Source: Chloroflexota bacterium (GTDB lineage Bacteria; Chloroflexota; UBA11872; UBA12225). From it: DNA of 64,000 bases. The position numbers and the translations under genes were made by a program. Shown here piece after piece: positions 17,938 to 28,142 of this stretch. Where the stretch lies: assembly GCA_947446285.1 (NCBI GenBank), contig CANFGH010000005.1:835-64834 (forward strand). The letters run 5' to 3'. The stretch's first letter is position 1. Each line of letters starts with the position of its first letter. The notes under the pieces are model-generated. The model was not told the origin of the DNA, made no database searches, and saw only the letters and a list, made by a program, of their open reading frames with translations.

Positions 17938-20900
17938 GCACGGGGCGCACCGGGGGGGCGATCTCGCCGACGCACTGGGATGATGGCCCGGCGGGGCCCC
18001 CGGGCAGTCCGTGGTGGCGTCAGGTCAATGACGACGGGGACGTCAGCCACAATCGAGGCACCGGTTCCCGGCGTGTTCACGATCATTTTGAGCGACTGGG
18101 CAACGAGGCCGCGCCGGACCAGCCGGTCACCGCTTTCGAGGCGTCCAACAAGCGAGTCGTCTACTACCGCGCTACTTCGTCTGGCACGCCGACCCGGACG
18201 AGGTTCCGACCCGCCATCGGCAGCAGCCCCGGCACTACCAGGCGCCTCGGTCAGTGAACGGAGCGCCTCACGCATCTGTGATGCAAGATCCAATGTCTTG
18301 TTCATCGTGAGGAGCAAGTCACCCTCACTCACGCCGACACTATCGAGAAGCTCACCAAAGGTTTCACCACGGCACCACGCCGTCAGGACACCGTGGAAAC
18401 TGCGATTGAGTCCGGAGGTGATCGTCAGGCCCACATGTTGTTCAGCCTGCACCATCTCGGCACCGAGTTCATCGAGACGGTTCCGCACCTCGGACATCAC
18501 GGCCGAGAGCCAGTAGCGGTTGTAGCGAACGGTGTCACGGTCGTAACAGAACCACGAGATCAATTCCATCAGATCCGTCGGCGTCAGGGCGTCAAGCCAT
18601 CCGCGACGAGCGGCATTCAACAGCAGCAATCCATTCGGGTCGTAGAGTGACCGCAATCCAACCGCGATGTCCGTCGGTTGCGCCAGACCCGCCCGTGCCG
18701 GTGTCAATGCGCCAAATCGTCCGAGGACTGACACGATCGCATCGAGTGTCCTGGTGGCCTGGGTCGACGCCTCGGTCTCGATCAGGGCCGCGTGGGCCTC
18801 AGCCTCGATGACCGACCGGAGCGCCTCACGTTCGCGGCGCCATGCACGGTCATGTGCCGAACGGTGCGGGCACTTGTGGCACGGATGACCTCCCATGCGC
18901 CTCTGTAAAGACTCCTCACGCGTGACATGAGGCGTCACAAGGCGTTCAGTAAGTTCCTGTTGCCTTGCACGCCGATCAGCCTCGAACCGGGCTAGATCGG
19001 GAAGATCGAGGGCCGCAATGCTCGCCTCGAACCTCGCCCATCCCATCGGGTCTAGGACAGTCCGCGCATCGGTCTGGGGTTGCGCATCCACCAGATCCGG
19101 TGGAACCACCACTCGCGAAATGCCGTCTCGACCCGATGCGAGGCGGGTAACCACAGACCACTGACGGACCTGGACCACTTGCCCTTCAGCCACGAAGATC
19201 CCCGGGCCCGAGCCATCGCGGCGCAGGAAGACCGACCACGCACCGCCAGCAGTTGTCGCCGGTACCGGTTCACCGTCGGATGAGGTTTCCCGTGCAACCG
19301 TCGCGCGCCAGTTTGAAAGGTAGACGACCTCGCCGCCGGTGAACCCCTGGACTGCACGCTTGACCGCGACCGGCGATGGCGGGTTCCACGGAAGGTGACC
19401 GGCATCACGCGCGGCCCCCGCAACCGTAATCCGCGCACGTTCCACCTGACGATGGGCCTCTGCGACGTCACGCCGGAGTGCCGTGTAATCGACGATCGCG
19501 TCATCGTCCACGTCAGGAACCGGGCACATGTAGTGCCTCTCGTCGGCCTCGGCACGCAGGTCCTCAACTTCGGCCATCGCCTCCTGCAAGGCATCATCCG
19601 TCTGGAATTGCCGGAGACTGGACGCGAACAGCCTTTGTAGCCGTTCACGCCCCGTTCTGGTGCCATCCCACAGCGAGACGACCGTGTGATACCGCGGTGT
19701 GAATGCACTGCGAACCGGCAGGAGATCGGCCTCGATCAGTTCCTGCACTTCGGCGCAGGTGGTCCAGGGACTGTAAAGCGATACCGCGAACCCTCGCTCA
19801 TCCTTACCACGGCGACCAGCGCGTCCGGAGAGTTGCGAGTACTCGTTCGGCAACAGCACCCGCCTGGAAACTCCGTCGTATTTCGTGTGTTCGGCGATCA
19901 CGACACTCCGTGCTGGCATGTTCACACCAAGCGCGAGGGTCTCAGTTGCAAAGACCGCACCGAGGAGCCCCTCTGAAAAAAGGCCCTCGACGAGTTGCTT
20001 CAAGACGGGAAGAACGCCGGCATGATGAAACGCCATGCCTCGTTCGAGGAGGTGGGTCAGATCGCGCACCTGGGCAAGCGTCCGGTCTTCAGGGCCAAGG
20101 GCCTCCATGGTCTGGCGCACACGTTCGGTACGCCGCCGTCGTGTGACGGCATCGCCACCAAGGTCGAGACGATCACAACTGGCACCGGCCACCTCACATG
20201 CGCGTCGCCCAAACAGGAAATAGATCACCGGCAACATCTGGTTCTCGCCGAGAATTGCGAGAACATCCCGTGGGCGTGGCAACTCCTTCGGTCGGGCTCC
20301 ACGCCCCATACCCATTGGCCGAGGCGTCCGCGTCTCGCCACCGACACGCAAGGGTTCGTGAAGCCTTCCTGTCGCGTCTACGAGCGGCCAGATCCGATCA
20401 TCATGGATGTACAGGTGATCAATCGGCACCGCCCGCGTCGAATGTTCGACAAGGATGGTCTCCCGATGGACACGCCCGATCCAACGGGCAATTTCGGCTG
20501 CATTCGAAACGGTGGCCGAGAGGCATACCAACTGGACGTGCGGCGGACAATTCAGGATTGCTTCTTCCCATGTCGTGCCCCGGTCGGGATCGGCAAGGAA
20601 GTGGACTTCGTCAAAGATCACCACGGCGGTGTCGCCGAACGCCTCCGGACTCCGCAACACCATATTGCGGAGAACCTCGGTAGTCATGACGAGGACGTCA
20701 CCTGAGGCATTCTCGGTGACATCGCCGGTCAGGAGTCCGACGGCATCCCCGTAGGTTGCCCGCCAGTCGTGGAACTTCTGGTTCGACAACGCCTTGATTG
20801 GCGCGGTGTAGATGGCCCGCATCCCCTTGCTTCGCGCAAGTTCGACGCCAAACTCGGCAATAACCGTCTTGCCCGTGCCAGTCGGGGCGGCAACCAGGAC

Positions 20901-21185
20901 CGACCGATCCGCACTCAGTGCTTGCATTGCCTCCAACTGGAACTGGTCCAGCGGGAATGGGTACCTCCGGGCAAACCCATCGACAAGGTCATTTCGCACC
21001 GCAGCCGCGACCCGCGCAGTGCGACGGCGACGGACTGGCGCCACGACCACCGGGCTTGTTTCGCCGTAACCAGCAATTTCTTCAGGCAAATCCACCGCAT
21101 CCGGTCCGGGAATGTCGAAGGGTTCATCGGTCAACGGCGACGGGGCAGGGATGTTGGAGTCACTATCTGTGTCGCGGGTCGTCAT
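17934..21185 (-). CDS. helY: Ski2/HelY-like DEAD/DEAH-box helicase
   Basis: 1083-aa ORF with AAPTGTGKT, DEVH, SAT and HHAG motifs. Long C-terminal arch/DSHCT-like region. Confidence 0.9.
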   Translation of the reverse strand: MTTRDTDSDSNIPAPSPLTDEPFDIPGPDAVDLPEEIAGYGETSPVVVAPVRRRRTARVAAAVRNDLVDGFARRYPFPLDQFQLEAMQALSADRSVLVAAPTGTGKTVIAEFGVELARSKGMRAIYTAPIKALSNQKFHDWRATYGDAVGLLTGDVTENASGDVLVMTTEVLRNMVLRSPEAFGDTAVVIFDEVHFLADPDRGTTWEEAILNCPPHVQLVCLSATVSNAAEIARWIGRVHRETILVEHSTRAVPIDHLYIHDDRIWPLVDATGRLHEPLRVGGETRTPRPMGMGRGARPKELPRPRDVLAILGENQMLPVIYFLFGRRACEVAGASCDRLDLGGDAVTRRRRTERVRQTMEALGPEDRTLAQVRDLTHLLERGMAFHHAGVLPVLKQLVEGLFSEGLLGAVFATETLALGVNMPARSVVIAEHTKYDGVSRRVLLPNEYSQLSGRAGRRGKDERGFAVSLYSPWTTCAEVQELIEADLLPVRSAFTPRYHTVVSLWDGTRTGRERLQRLFASSLRQFQTDDALQEAMAEVEDLRAEADERHYMCPVPDVDDDAIVDYTALRRDVAEAHRQVERARITVAGAARDAGHLPWNPPSPVAVKRAVQGFTGGEVVYLSNWRATVARETSSDGEPVPATTAGGAWSVFLRRDGSGPGIFVAEGQVVQVRQWSVVTRLASGRDGISRVVVPPDLVDAQPQTDARTVLDPMGWARFEASIAALDLPDLARFEADRRARQQELTERLVTPHVTREESLQRRMGGHPCHKCPHRSAHDRAWRREREALRSVIEAEAHAALIETEASTQATRTLDAIVSVLGRFGALTPARAGLAQPTDIAVGLRSLYDPNGLLLLNAARRGWLDALTPTDLMELISWFCYDRDTVRYNRYWLSAVMSEVRNRLDELGAEMVQAEQHVGLTITSGLNRSFHGVLTAWCRGETFGELLDSVGVSEGDLLLTMNKTLDLASQMREALRSLTEAPGSAGAAADGGSEPRPGRRARRSSAVVDDSLVGRLESGDRLVRRGLVAQSLKMIVNTPGTGASIVADVPVVIDLTPPRTARGPRRAIIPVRRRDRPPGAPRA

Positions 21186-21286
21186 TCACGTCGTTTCAGT
21201 TCGTATAGAGTGTAGTGATCGACGGCACGACGCCCGCGGGGGTCGGCGAGTGGCGAACATCAGAACGGTCAATTGATCGCAATCAC

Positions 21287-22618
21287 ATGAAAGTCCGCGC
21301 CATCACCGTCGGAATACCGGTCACCGTCGGTATTCCCGTGACCACCGGGACACAATCCGCTCTGGTGTCTCGGGCGGGAACCATCGCGTCCGGCATCCGC
21401 GAGGCGTTGGACCGGGCCGGCATCGAAACCCAGACCGTTCGCCTCGCCTTGCCACCGGTCACCGACCGGTTTACGGGCAGCGAAGCCAGTACGTCGCGAG
21501 ACGTCCTGGAACAGGCGGCGTTCCTGGACGAGGCGTCTCGCCTGAGCGATTTCGGTCACGTGTCATTCGGCACAATTGACACCGTCGGCACACCGGATTC
21601 CGTCTGGGCACCACTCCTTGACCTCGTTCCCGAAATCATCGCGACGACCTCACTCATATCAGTGACCGCGTCCGTCGCGACACGCAAGCCATCCGGTCTC
21701 GCGGAGATCAACATCGAGGCGTGCCGAAGTGCCGGGAGTGCCGTCGCCCGCATCGCGCGCAGTGGGAATGACGGCTACGGCAATTTCCGGTTCGCCGCCC
21801 TCGCCAACTGTGGACCAAACATCCCATTCTTCCCGGCCGCCTATCACGATGGTGAGGACACTCCCGCAGTCGGGATTGGCTTGCAATGCGCAAACTTGGT
21901 CGCAGACGCCTTTGCCGGTGCGTCAACCCTTGAGGACGCCCGGATCCGTCTCGTCAAATCCCTTTCCCAAGCCGTCAACCGTGTCGCGACGATCGTTCGC
22001 ACCGTTGTCGACAGTCTGGGAGGAGTCCGGTTCAACGGTGTCGACTTCTCACCTGCCCCATTGCCAGGCGATAGCACGAGCATCGGGAGTGCATTTGAAC
22101 GCCTTGGATTGCCCGCGTTTGGCGGTCACGGCACAGTCTTCGTCGCGTCATTCCTCACCGAGTGCCTGCATGAGGTCGCAACAACGACGGGCATGACTGG
22201 AACCACCCCTGGGGGGAGACAGCGACCGTTCGCCTTCTCAGGCCTCATGATGCCCGTCCTCGAGGACAGCGTCCTTGCGCAACGCGCGTCATCAGGCCAC
22301 ATCGGCATCGATCAACTGTTGCTCGCGAGTGCGGTCTGCGGTCTCGGACTCGACACCGTGCCCCTGGCTGGGGACACATCCGCTGGAACCCTTGGCGCAA
22401 TCATCCTCGATATGGCCACCTTGGCCGTGCGACTGGACAAACCACTGTCGGCACGCCTCTTCCCCGTACCTGGCACTCACGCCGGCGACGCCGTTTCATG
22501 GGACTCGCCGTACTTCGCGCCGTCAGTGGCAATCGGCACCTTGGAAGCAACAACAACGGGCGTCCTCGGTAGCGCCACACGCCACGTTGCGCGCCTCGAC
22601 CCGTTCCGGCCTGGCTGA
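21287..22618 (+). CDS. DUF711 / UPF0210 family protein
   Basis: MKVRAITVG... N-terminus and C-terminal SGLMMPVLED...CGLGLDTVPLAGDT...RLFPVPG pattern characteristic of UPF0210. ATG at 21287 within the track ORF. Confidence 0.8.
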   Translation: MKVRAITVGIPVTVGIPVTTGTQSALVSRAGTIASGIREALDRAGIETQTVRLALPPVTDRFTGSEASTSRDVLEQAAFLDEASRLSDFGHVSFGTIDTVGTPDSVWAPLLDLVPEIIATTSLISVTASVATRKPSGLAEINIEACRSAGSAVARIARSGNDGYGNFRFAALANCGPNIPFFPAAYHDGEDTPAVGIGLQCANLVADAFAGASTLEDARIRLVKSLSQAVNRVATIVRTVVDSLGGVRFNGVDFSPAPLPGDSTSIGSAFERLGLPAFGGHGTVFVASFLTECLHEVATTTGMTGTTPGGRQRPFAFSGLMMPVLEDSVLAQRASSGHIGIDQLLLASAVCGLGLDTVPLAGDTSAGTLGAIILDMATLAVRLDKPLSARLFPVPGTHAGDAVSWDSPYFAPSVAIGTLEATTTGVLGSATRHVARLDPFRPG

Positions 22619-22647
22619 CCTCCCTCGAACCCGACTGTGCTACAACC

Positions 22648-23622
22648 GTGAGACCTGCCGGTACACCAAACCCTTCACGAAGGAAAACGCAATTGACCGA
22701 CCTGACCGCGCTTAGTGGAATCGTGCCGCCAATCCTGACCCCTCTGATGCCCGACGGTCAGGTTGATCTTCGTTCTCTCATGCGCCTCACCAGGTATCTC
22801 TTGATCAATGGGGTGCACGGGATATGGGCGTGTGGAACCACCGGCGAGTTCGCCTGCATCGACGCGGAGGAGCGCGAACACGTCACCGGCACCATCGTCG
22901 AGACCCTTGACGGAAAACTGCCCGTGATTGCCAATGTTTCCGATTGCAGCACGCGCCTCACCGTCGGTCACGCCCGACGCGCCGTCGCCGTTGGGGCCGA
23001 CGCGATCGCCGTGACCCCGCCGTATTACTATGGCAATAGTCAGGAAGAGCTCCTTCACATGTATCGCGAAGTGCGCGATGCCATTGACGTGCCCCTCTAC
23101 ATCTACAACATTCCGTCAACGGTCAAGACACGCGTGGAAATCCCGACCATCATCGAACTCGCCCGGGAGGGAACCGTGGCCGGGATAAAGGACAGCCAAG
23201 GTGATCTCCCATGGGCACGTGAACTCGCGTCCGCCGTTGCGGAGGCCGGAGTTCCACTGCGCATCTTCCTCGGGTCGAAGGCCATGACCGAGGTCGCCTT
23301 GATCCCGGGCCTCCACGGATGCATTCCCGGCATCGCCAATGTCGTGCCCCGCGCCTGTGTGGACGCTTGGGAACAAGCCGAACGAGGCAATATCGACGCC
23401 GCACGGACCGCGCAACACCTGGTTGATGCGGCGATGGGCCTTCTCGACATGACCGCGGGGGGACGGCATGCCCGCAGTTTCGGGGGCATGAAGGCGTCCC
23501 TCGTTACGCTGGGCGTCATCACGCACCCGACGATGTCCTCACCCCTCCACACTGCCGACGCCACCGAAATCGCGGCGGTTGGAGAACGCACCCGGGAATT
23601 GGGGATCACTGTCCGCAAGTAG
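22648..23622 (+). CDS. dihydrodipicolinate synthase/N-acetylneuraminate lyase family protein
   Basis: 324-aa ORF with the GIVPPILTP...GVHGIWACGTTGEF N-terminal DapA-family pattern. 29 nt downstream of the DUF711 gene. Confidence 0.8.
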   Translation: MRPAGTPNPSRRKTQLTDLTALSGIVPPILTPLMPDGQVDLRSLMRLTRYLLINGVHGIWACGTTGEFACIDAEEREHVTGTIVETLDGKLPVIANVSDCSTRLTVGHARRAVAVGADAIAVTPPYYYGNSQEELLHMYREVRDAIDVPLYIYNIPSTVKTRVEIPTIIELAREGTVAGIKDSQGDLPWARELASAVAEAGVPLRIFLGSKAMTEVALIPGLHGCIPGIANVVPRACVDAWEQAERGNIDAARTAQHLVDAAMGLLDMTAGGRHARSFGGMKASLVTLGVITHPTMSSPLHTADATEIAAVGERTRELGITVRK

Positions 23623-23657
23623 TCCAACCGCCCTCTCCGTAAACTCCTTCCGAACGC

Positions 23658-23681
23658 CCCTCTCCCGACTTCGGGGGAGGG
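23658..23681. terminator. 10-bp stem / tetraloop hairpin between convergent dapA-family and purH genes
   Basis: CCCTCTCCCG-actt-CGGGGGAGGG (one G-U pair) in the 107-nt convergent gap. Confidence 0.4.
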
Positions 23682-23729
23682 AACGGGAGCGACGCTTTTC
23701 GGGAGAACCCGATCCGGACTTCGCGCCCA

Positions 23730-25385
23730 TCAGTGGCGGAAGTGTCGGAATCCAGTGGTGACCATCGCGATGCCATAGCGGTCGGCCATCGCTGACGCGT
23801 GGGCGTCCTTCCGTCCCCCGCCGGGATGGGCAATCGCGGTAGCACCAGCCTCACACGCCGCCTCAACGGCATCCGGATCGGCGAAGAAGCCGTCGGTGGC
23901 CATCACCGATCCGGTAAGCGGTGACGAGAGTCCCTTTTCCCCCTGCATCAGCGGCGCATCACCAGTCCGTGCATCCTGCGCACTGCGTGAAGCAATCCGG
24001 GTCGCCGCAACCACACTGTCAAGGCGGCTCATCTGCCCAGCGCCAACGGCACGCACTGCGCCGTCGCGCACGAACACGCTCGCATTCGAACGCACGTGCC
24101 TGACAATCCGCCAGGCCATCCGGAGATCAGCCTCCTCGGCGACGGTAAGTTCCCGGACCGATGCAGGTGTGAAGCTCACAGTGGCCGCATTGACGGTGTC
24201 GTGCGACTGGGCCAGGAACCCACCCGTCACTGGCCGGTATTGCCAGTCGAATGCTGACAGCATCCCGGAGGTGGCCGGAACGGGCAGTGAGAAGACCCTG
24301 GTCTGGCGCCGGCCAAGGATCCTCAGTGCCTCATCGGTATATCCCGGTGCCACGAGGACCCAGTAGAGAACTCCACTCATCGCCCGTGCCATGTCGCCGT
24401 CGACGATCCGGTTGCATGCCACGACACCACCAAATGCTGACAGTGGGTCGCCGGCATAGGCCCGCCGGTACGCCTCCGCGGGCGTAAAACCAACCCCGAC
24501 ACCGCAAGGGTTGTTGTGCTTGACGATACTTACGGCAACTTCCGTGAAGTCCGCGACGATCGCATAGGCGCAATCAAGGTCCAGAAGATTGTTGTACGAC
24601 GGGTCATCTCCCGAAAGGTGGACCAGGTCCGCAAGGCCTGGCCCGGTCAACCGCGGATCGGCTAACCGGTAGAGGGACGCCGACTGGTGAGGGTTCTCGC
24701 CGTAGGTGAGCGAAGAGGAACGGGTCAGCGGAAGGGAAACGGCGTCCGGAAACTTCTGACCGGCCATGGCCGAGAAATAGGCCGCGACGTACGCGTCGTA
24801 CTGGGCGGTATGCGCGAAAGCCACCTGCGCAAGCCTCACGCGTTCCGCCATGGTCAAACTGCCGGCCCGCAGGTGTTCAAGTGTGCCCGGGTAGTCCCGC
24901 GGGTCTGTCACCACCGCGACGTGTGCGAAGTTCTTTGCTGCCGCCCGGGTCATCGCGGGTCCGCCAATGTCAATCTGTTCCACTGCCCCACGGATGGCAT
25001 CCGTCAGGTCACCATCGACCATCGCCGGGGCATCGTTTCCGGAAATCGTTGAGACAAACGGGTACAGGTTCGTGACCACCATGTCGACCGCCACAATCCC
25101 GTGATCCGCAAGTGTTGACAGGTCGCCGGGGACGTCGCGCCGGGCAAGGATGCCGGCATGAATTGCCGGATGGAGAGTCTTGACCCGTCCCCCAAGGATT
25201 TCTGGAAATCCGGTTACATCGGCGACCGAAATCGCCGGAATACCGGCCTTGGCCAGGGTTGCGTGCGTCTGCCCGGTACTGACAAGTTCCCAACCCAGAT
25301 CATGCAAACCCTGCGCAAACTCCACCAGACCGGTCTTGTCCCACACGCTTAGCAATGCCCGCACGATATCGCCTCGATCCAACAA
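23730..25385 (-). CDS. purH: bifunctional AICAR transformylase / IMP cyclohydrolase PurH
   Basis: 551-aa ORF with the RALLSVWDKTGLVEFAQGL N-terminus and AICARFT domain motifs. TTG start at 25385; an alternative GTG lies at 25364. Confidence 0.95.
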   Translation of the reverse strand: MLDRGDIVRALLSVWDKTGLVEFAQGLHDLGWELVSTGQTHATLAKAGIPAISVADVTGFPEILGGRVKTLHPAIHAGILARRDVPGDLSTLADHGIVAVDMVVTNLYPFVSTISGNDAPAMVDGDLTDAIRGAVEQIDIGGPAMTRAAAKNFAHVAVVTDPRDYPGTLEHLRAGSLTMAERVRLAQVAFAHTAQYDAYVAAYFSAMAGQKFPDAVSLPLTRSSSLTYGENPHQSASLYRLADPRLTGPGLADLVHLSGDDPSYNNLLDLDCAYAIVADFTEVAVSIVKHNNPCGVGVGFTPAEAYRRAYAGDPLSAFGGVVACNRIVDGDMARAMSGVLYWVLVAPGYTDEALRILGRRQTRVFSLPVPATSGMLSAFDWQYRPVTGGFLAQSHDTVNAATVSFTPASVRELTVAEEADLRMAWRIVRHVRSNASVFVRDGAVRAVGAGQMSRLDSVVAATRIASRSAQDARTGDAPLMQGEKGLSSPLTGSVMATDGFFADPDAVEAACEAGATAIAHPGGGRKDAHASAMADRYGIAMVTTGFRHFRH

Positions 25386-25554
25386 GGTTCCCGGCCGACG
25401 TCGATGCGACCCTCTTCAAGCGTGACAACGCGTGCAATGGGTGCCGAACGCGAGACGGCCGGAACAGGTTGAGGGTACCCCCAGTGACCCACCGTGGACC
25501 CGAACTCGCAGGCACTCGGGTACGGTTTCTTTCAACAGAAAGGCCTCGTGACTG

Positions 25555-26346
25555 ATGCAGCGCCTCCTAGACCAAACCATCACGACCGCCACCGCCAGTA
25601 CGCCATCAGGCGAAATCGCCCGTGAAGAGGTCTACACCGACCTCGGGTTCGCAACCCAGACCCCGGACACCCGCCCGTATGTCGTGGTCAACATGGTCAT
25701 GACGCTTGACGGCAAGGTGGTGATCGGCGGACCGGGGACTACCCGCCTCATCGGCAGCAGGATGGATCACTATCTGATGACCCGCATCGAGGCGCAGTGC
25801 GATGCGGTCCTCTTCGGGGCGACCCTCGTGCGCGAGGACAACCCGGGCTATCCATGGCACGACGAAGCAAGGCAGGCACGCCGTCTTGCCCGTGGTGTGC
25901 GCGCCGAACCACTCTGGGCGGCCGTCAGCACGGTAGGCGCATTTCCAACCCCTCCACGCATGTTCGAGGGAGGGCCAGACCGAACGGCCCTCTTCGTCAG
26001 CAACGCCACGCCTCCCGAGACCGTGGACGCATTCGCATCGCAAACTACGGTCATCACGCGGGGCGAACACGAGGTGCCGCTTGACGAGATGCTTCACGTC
26101 TTCCGTCAGGACCTCGGGGTCAGGACCCTCTGTTGCCTGGGCGGTGCCGCTCTGAACGCACGCATGCTTGCACTCGGCCTGGTCGATGAGGTCTTCGTGA
26201 CAATCGCCCCGAAAATCCAGAATGGGCGGGGCGGGGTGACCATGTTCGAGGGTGTCGCCTTTCCAGCTGACGCTCTTGCGCATCTTGCGTTGAAAAGTGT
26301 CTATACGCATGAAAGCGAACTCTATCTCCGTTACCAAACAGCCTGA
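25555..26346 (+). CDS. RibD C-terminal domain / dihydrofolate-reductase-like reductase family protein
   Basis: 263-aa ORF. YVVVNMVMTLDGKV and GGAALN motifs typical of RibD_C-type reductases. Confidence 0.75.
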   Translation: MQRLLDQTITTATASTPSGEIAREEVYTDLGFATQTPDTRPYVVVNMVMTLDGKVVIGGPGTTRLIGSRMDHYLMTRIEAQCDAVLFGATLVREDNPGYPWHDEARQARRLARGVRAEPLWAAVSTVGAFPTPPRMFEGGPDRTALFVSNATPPETVDAFASQTTVITRGEHEVPLDEMLHVFRQDLGVRTLCCLGGAALNARMLALGLVDEVFVTIAPKIQNGRGGVTMFEGVAFPADALAHLALKSVYTHESELYLRYQTA

Positions 26347-26410
26347 GCGTCGATGTGCATCCCGGGTTACGGGGTTCCGAACTCGGTTTTTGCTACACTG
26401 GGCGTTGGAT

Positions 26411-26487
<77 letters not shown>

Positions 26488-26560
26488 CCCCCACCCAAGA
26501 TCATAGGCATGACCAGGCCCCACACATGCGGTGGGACTCTCCCGATAGCGGTGACCGGCG

Positions 26561-27490
26561 ATGAATGATCCGGCCGAACGTACACCGGGCGTCCTGCTGA
26601 TCGGGACCCAAGGCTTCTCCTACGACGGGTGGAATGGCCTTCTCTACCCACCCGGTACGCGACCTGCCGATCGACTGGCCCGGTATGCACGCACCTTCCC
26701 GCTCGTCGAGATCGACCGCACCTTCTACGGGCCTCCACGCGCCTCGGAAGTTGACCGGTGGATTTCGCAGACCCCGGAAACATTCCGGTTCACGGCAAAG
26801 GTGCCCCGGCAGATCACTCACGATGCACGTCTGCAAGGTCCAGACGCACTTCGGCAATTTGAGGAATTTCTCAAAACGATTTCCAGGCTTGGCAACCGCC
26901 TTGGCGCCGTAGTCCTGCAACTCGGTCCGGGCTTCCAGTTTCCACGCGACGCGGATGGCTTGTCATCCGCCCTGCACCTGCTTCCGTCGATTGCACCCCA
27001 GTCCTTGCGCGTCGCCGTCGAATTCCGCCACCCATCGTGGATTGAAGCCCCGGACATCGAGGCACGCCTTCGTGAAGCACGCGTCGCATGGGTATGGAAC
27101 GACTGGGACCCAGGTCCAAATCCATGGGCGTCGATGCCCCGGGCAATTGACGAACCGCGAGCCTTCCGTGAGACAGCCGACTTCGCGTACCTGCGGCTCA
27201 CCGGTGATCACGACATCACGATTGACTACCAGACGATCACCATCGACCGCGAGGCTGACCTTCGGCGTTGGGCGGCGCTCATCTCGAAGTGGCGCGAGGA
27301 ACAGACGAAAAACGGTCGGACCAATGACGTCTTCGTGCTGTTGAACAATCACTATTCCGGAAGCAGTCCACGGTCGGCCTCTGCCTTGCGCCAACTCCTC
27401 GACCTACCCCCGGTACAGTTCGACGCCGAAGCGGACGGGCCATCGCCACCCGTGCCGGAATCACAAGCGATGCGCCTTCCGGGTTTCTGA
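26561..27490 (+). CDS. DUF72 family protein
   Basis: 309-aa ORF with the GTQGFSYDGW...YARTFPLVEIDRTFY pattern typical of DUF72. Confidence 0.8.
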   Translation: MNDPAERTPGVLLIGTQGFSYDGWNGLLYPPGTRPADRLARYARTFPLVEIDRTFYGPPRASEVDRWISQTPETFRFTAKVPRQITHDARLQGPDALRQFEEFLKTISRLGNRLGAVVLQLGPGFQFPRDADGLSSALHLLPSIAPQSLRVAVEFRHPSWIEAPDIEARLREARVAWVWNDWDPGPNPWASMPRAIDEPRAFRETADFAYLRLTGDHDITIDYQTITIDREADLRRWAALISKWREEQTKNGRTNDVFVLLNNHYSGSSPRSASALRQLLDLPPVQFDAEADGPSPPVPESQAMRLPGF

Positions 27491-27590
27491 AATCCGACGA
27501 ATCGCCACCGTCTCGGACCAGACCGCGAACCGTCATCACAATCCATAGTGACTGGTGGACGTTCAGCGCCGTACCTGTCACAATGCCCTC

Positions 27591-28034
27591 ATGCCACTGC
27601 GGATTCGCGACCGTTCGACAGCCGGACAGATCACCCGTTCACGCACTCCCGGGCAACCGGCGACGCGTGCGGCCGGTGCGCCGGCAAGCTTCGCCGAAGC
27701 GCTGACAACCGTTCAGCGGACCGTTGCCCAACAGGATCTCGATCGCCTCTACATGGACGTCGAGGAACAGGGACGGCAACTTCTGGAAGATCCGTCTCCA
27801 GATGGATTGACCCGATACCGCTCATCGATCCGGAACTTCATCTCCTACGTCGTCAAGAATGGCCTGAAGTTGCGATCGGCGATTGCGCAACGGGAACTGC
27901 ACCAGATCATCGACAAGATCGATGAGGAACTCTTGTCGATGGCCGACGGCCTGATCGCAAAGGAAAAGCCGTTGCTCGAACTTGCCGAAAAAGTCGGCCA
28001 GATCAACGGCATGATTTGCGACATGAAAGCCTGA
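27591..28034 (+). CDS. DUF327 / YaaR-like protein
   Basis: ATG at 27591 within the track ORF. The C-terminal half (YRSSIRNFISYVVKNGLKL...IIDKIDEELLSMADGLIAKEKPLLELAEKVGQINGMICD) resembles the YaaR family. Confidence 0.65.
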   Translation: MPLRIRDRSTAGQITRSRTPGQPATRAAGAPASFAEALTTVQRTVAQQDLDRLYMDVEEQGRQLLEDPSPDGLTRYRSSIRNFISYVVKNGLKLRSAIAQRELHQIIDKIDEELLSMADGLIAKEKPLLELAEKVGQINGMICDMKA

Positions 28035-28142
28035 TCGGGAAGCAGAGCCGCTGCGAAGGCGTGACACTTGCGCAACGCGTTCGCGACCTGTGTTGTCACT
28101 TCGTTGCGATCAACTTCTATCGCCGTACGTGCGGCAGTGGGG

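Noticed and set aside
25365-25554. Possible ZTP (pfl-motif) riboswitch upstream of purH, a classic location for it.
   Set aside because: Reading the minus strand, I could not find the conserved ZTP elements (GGGTCGTGACTGGCG-like 5' domain and CCGCCTGGGC 3' pseudoknot segment). Only small generic hairpins such as CCACCGTGG are present. A covariance-model scan would be the decisive test.
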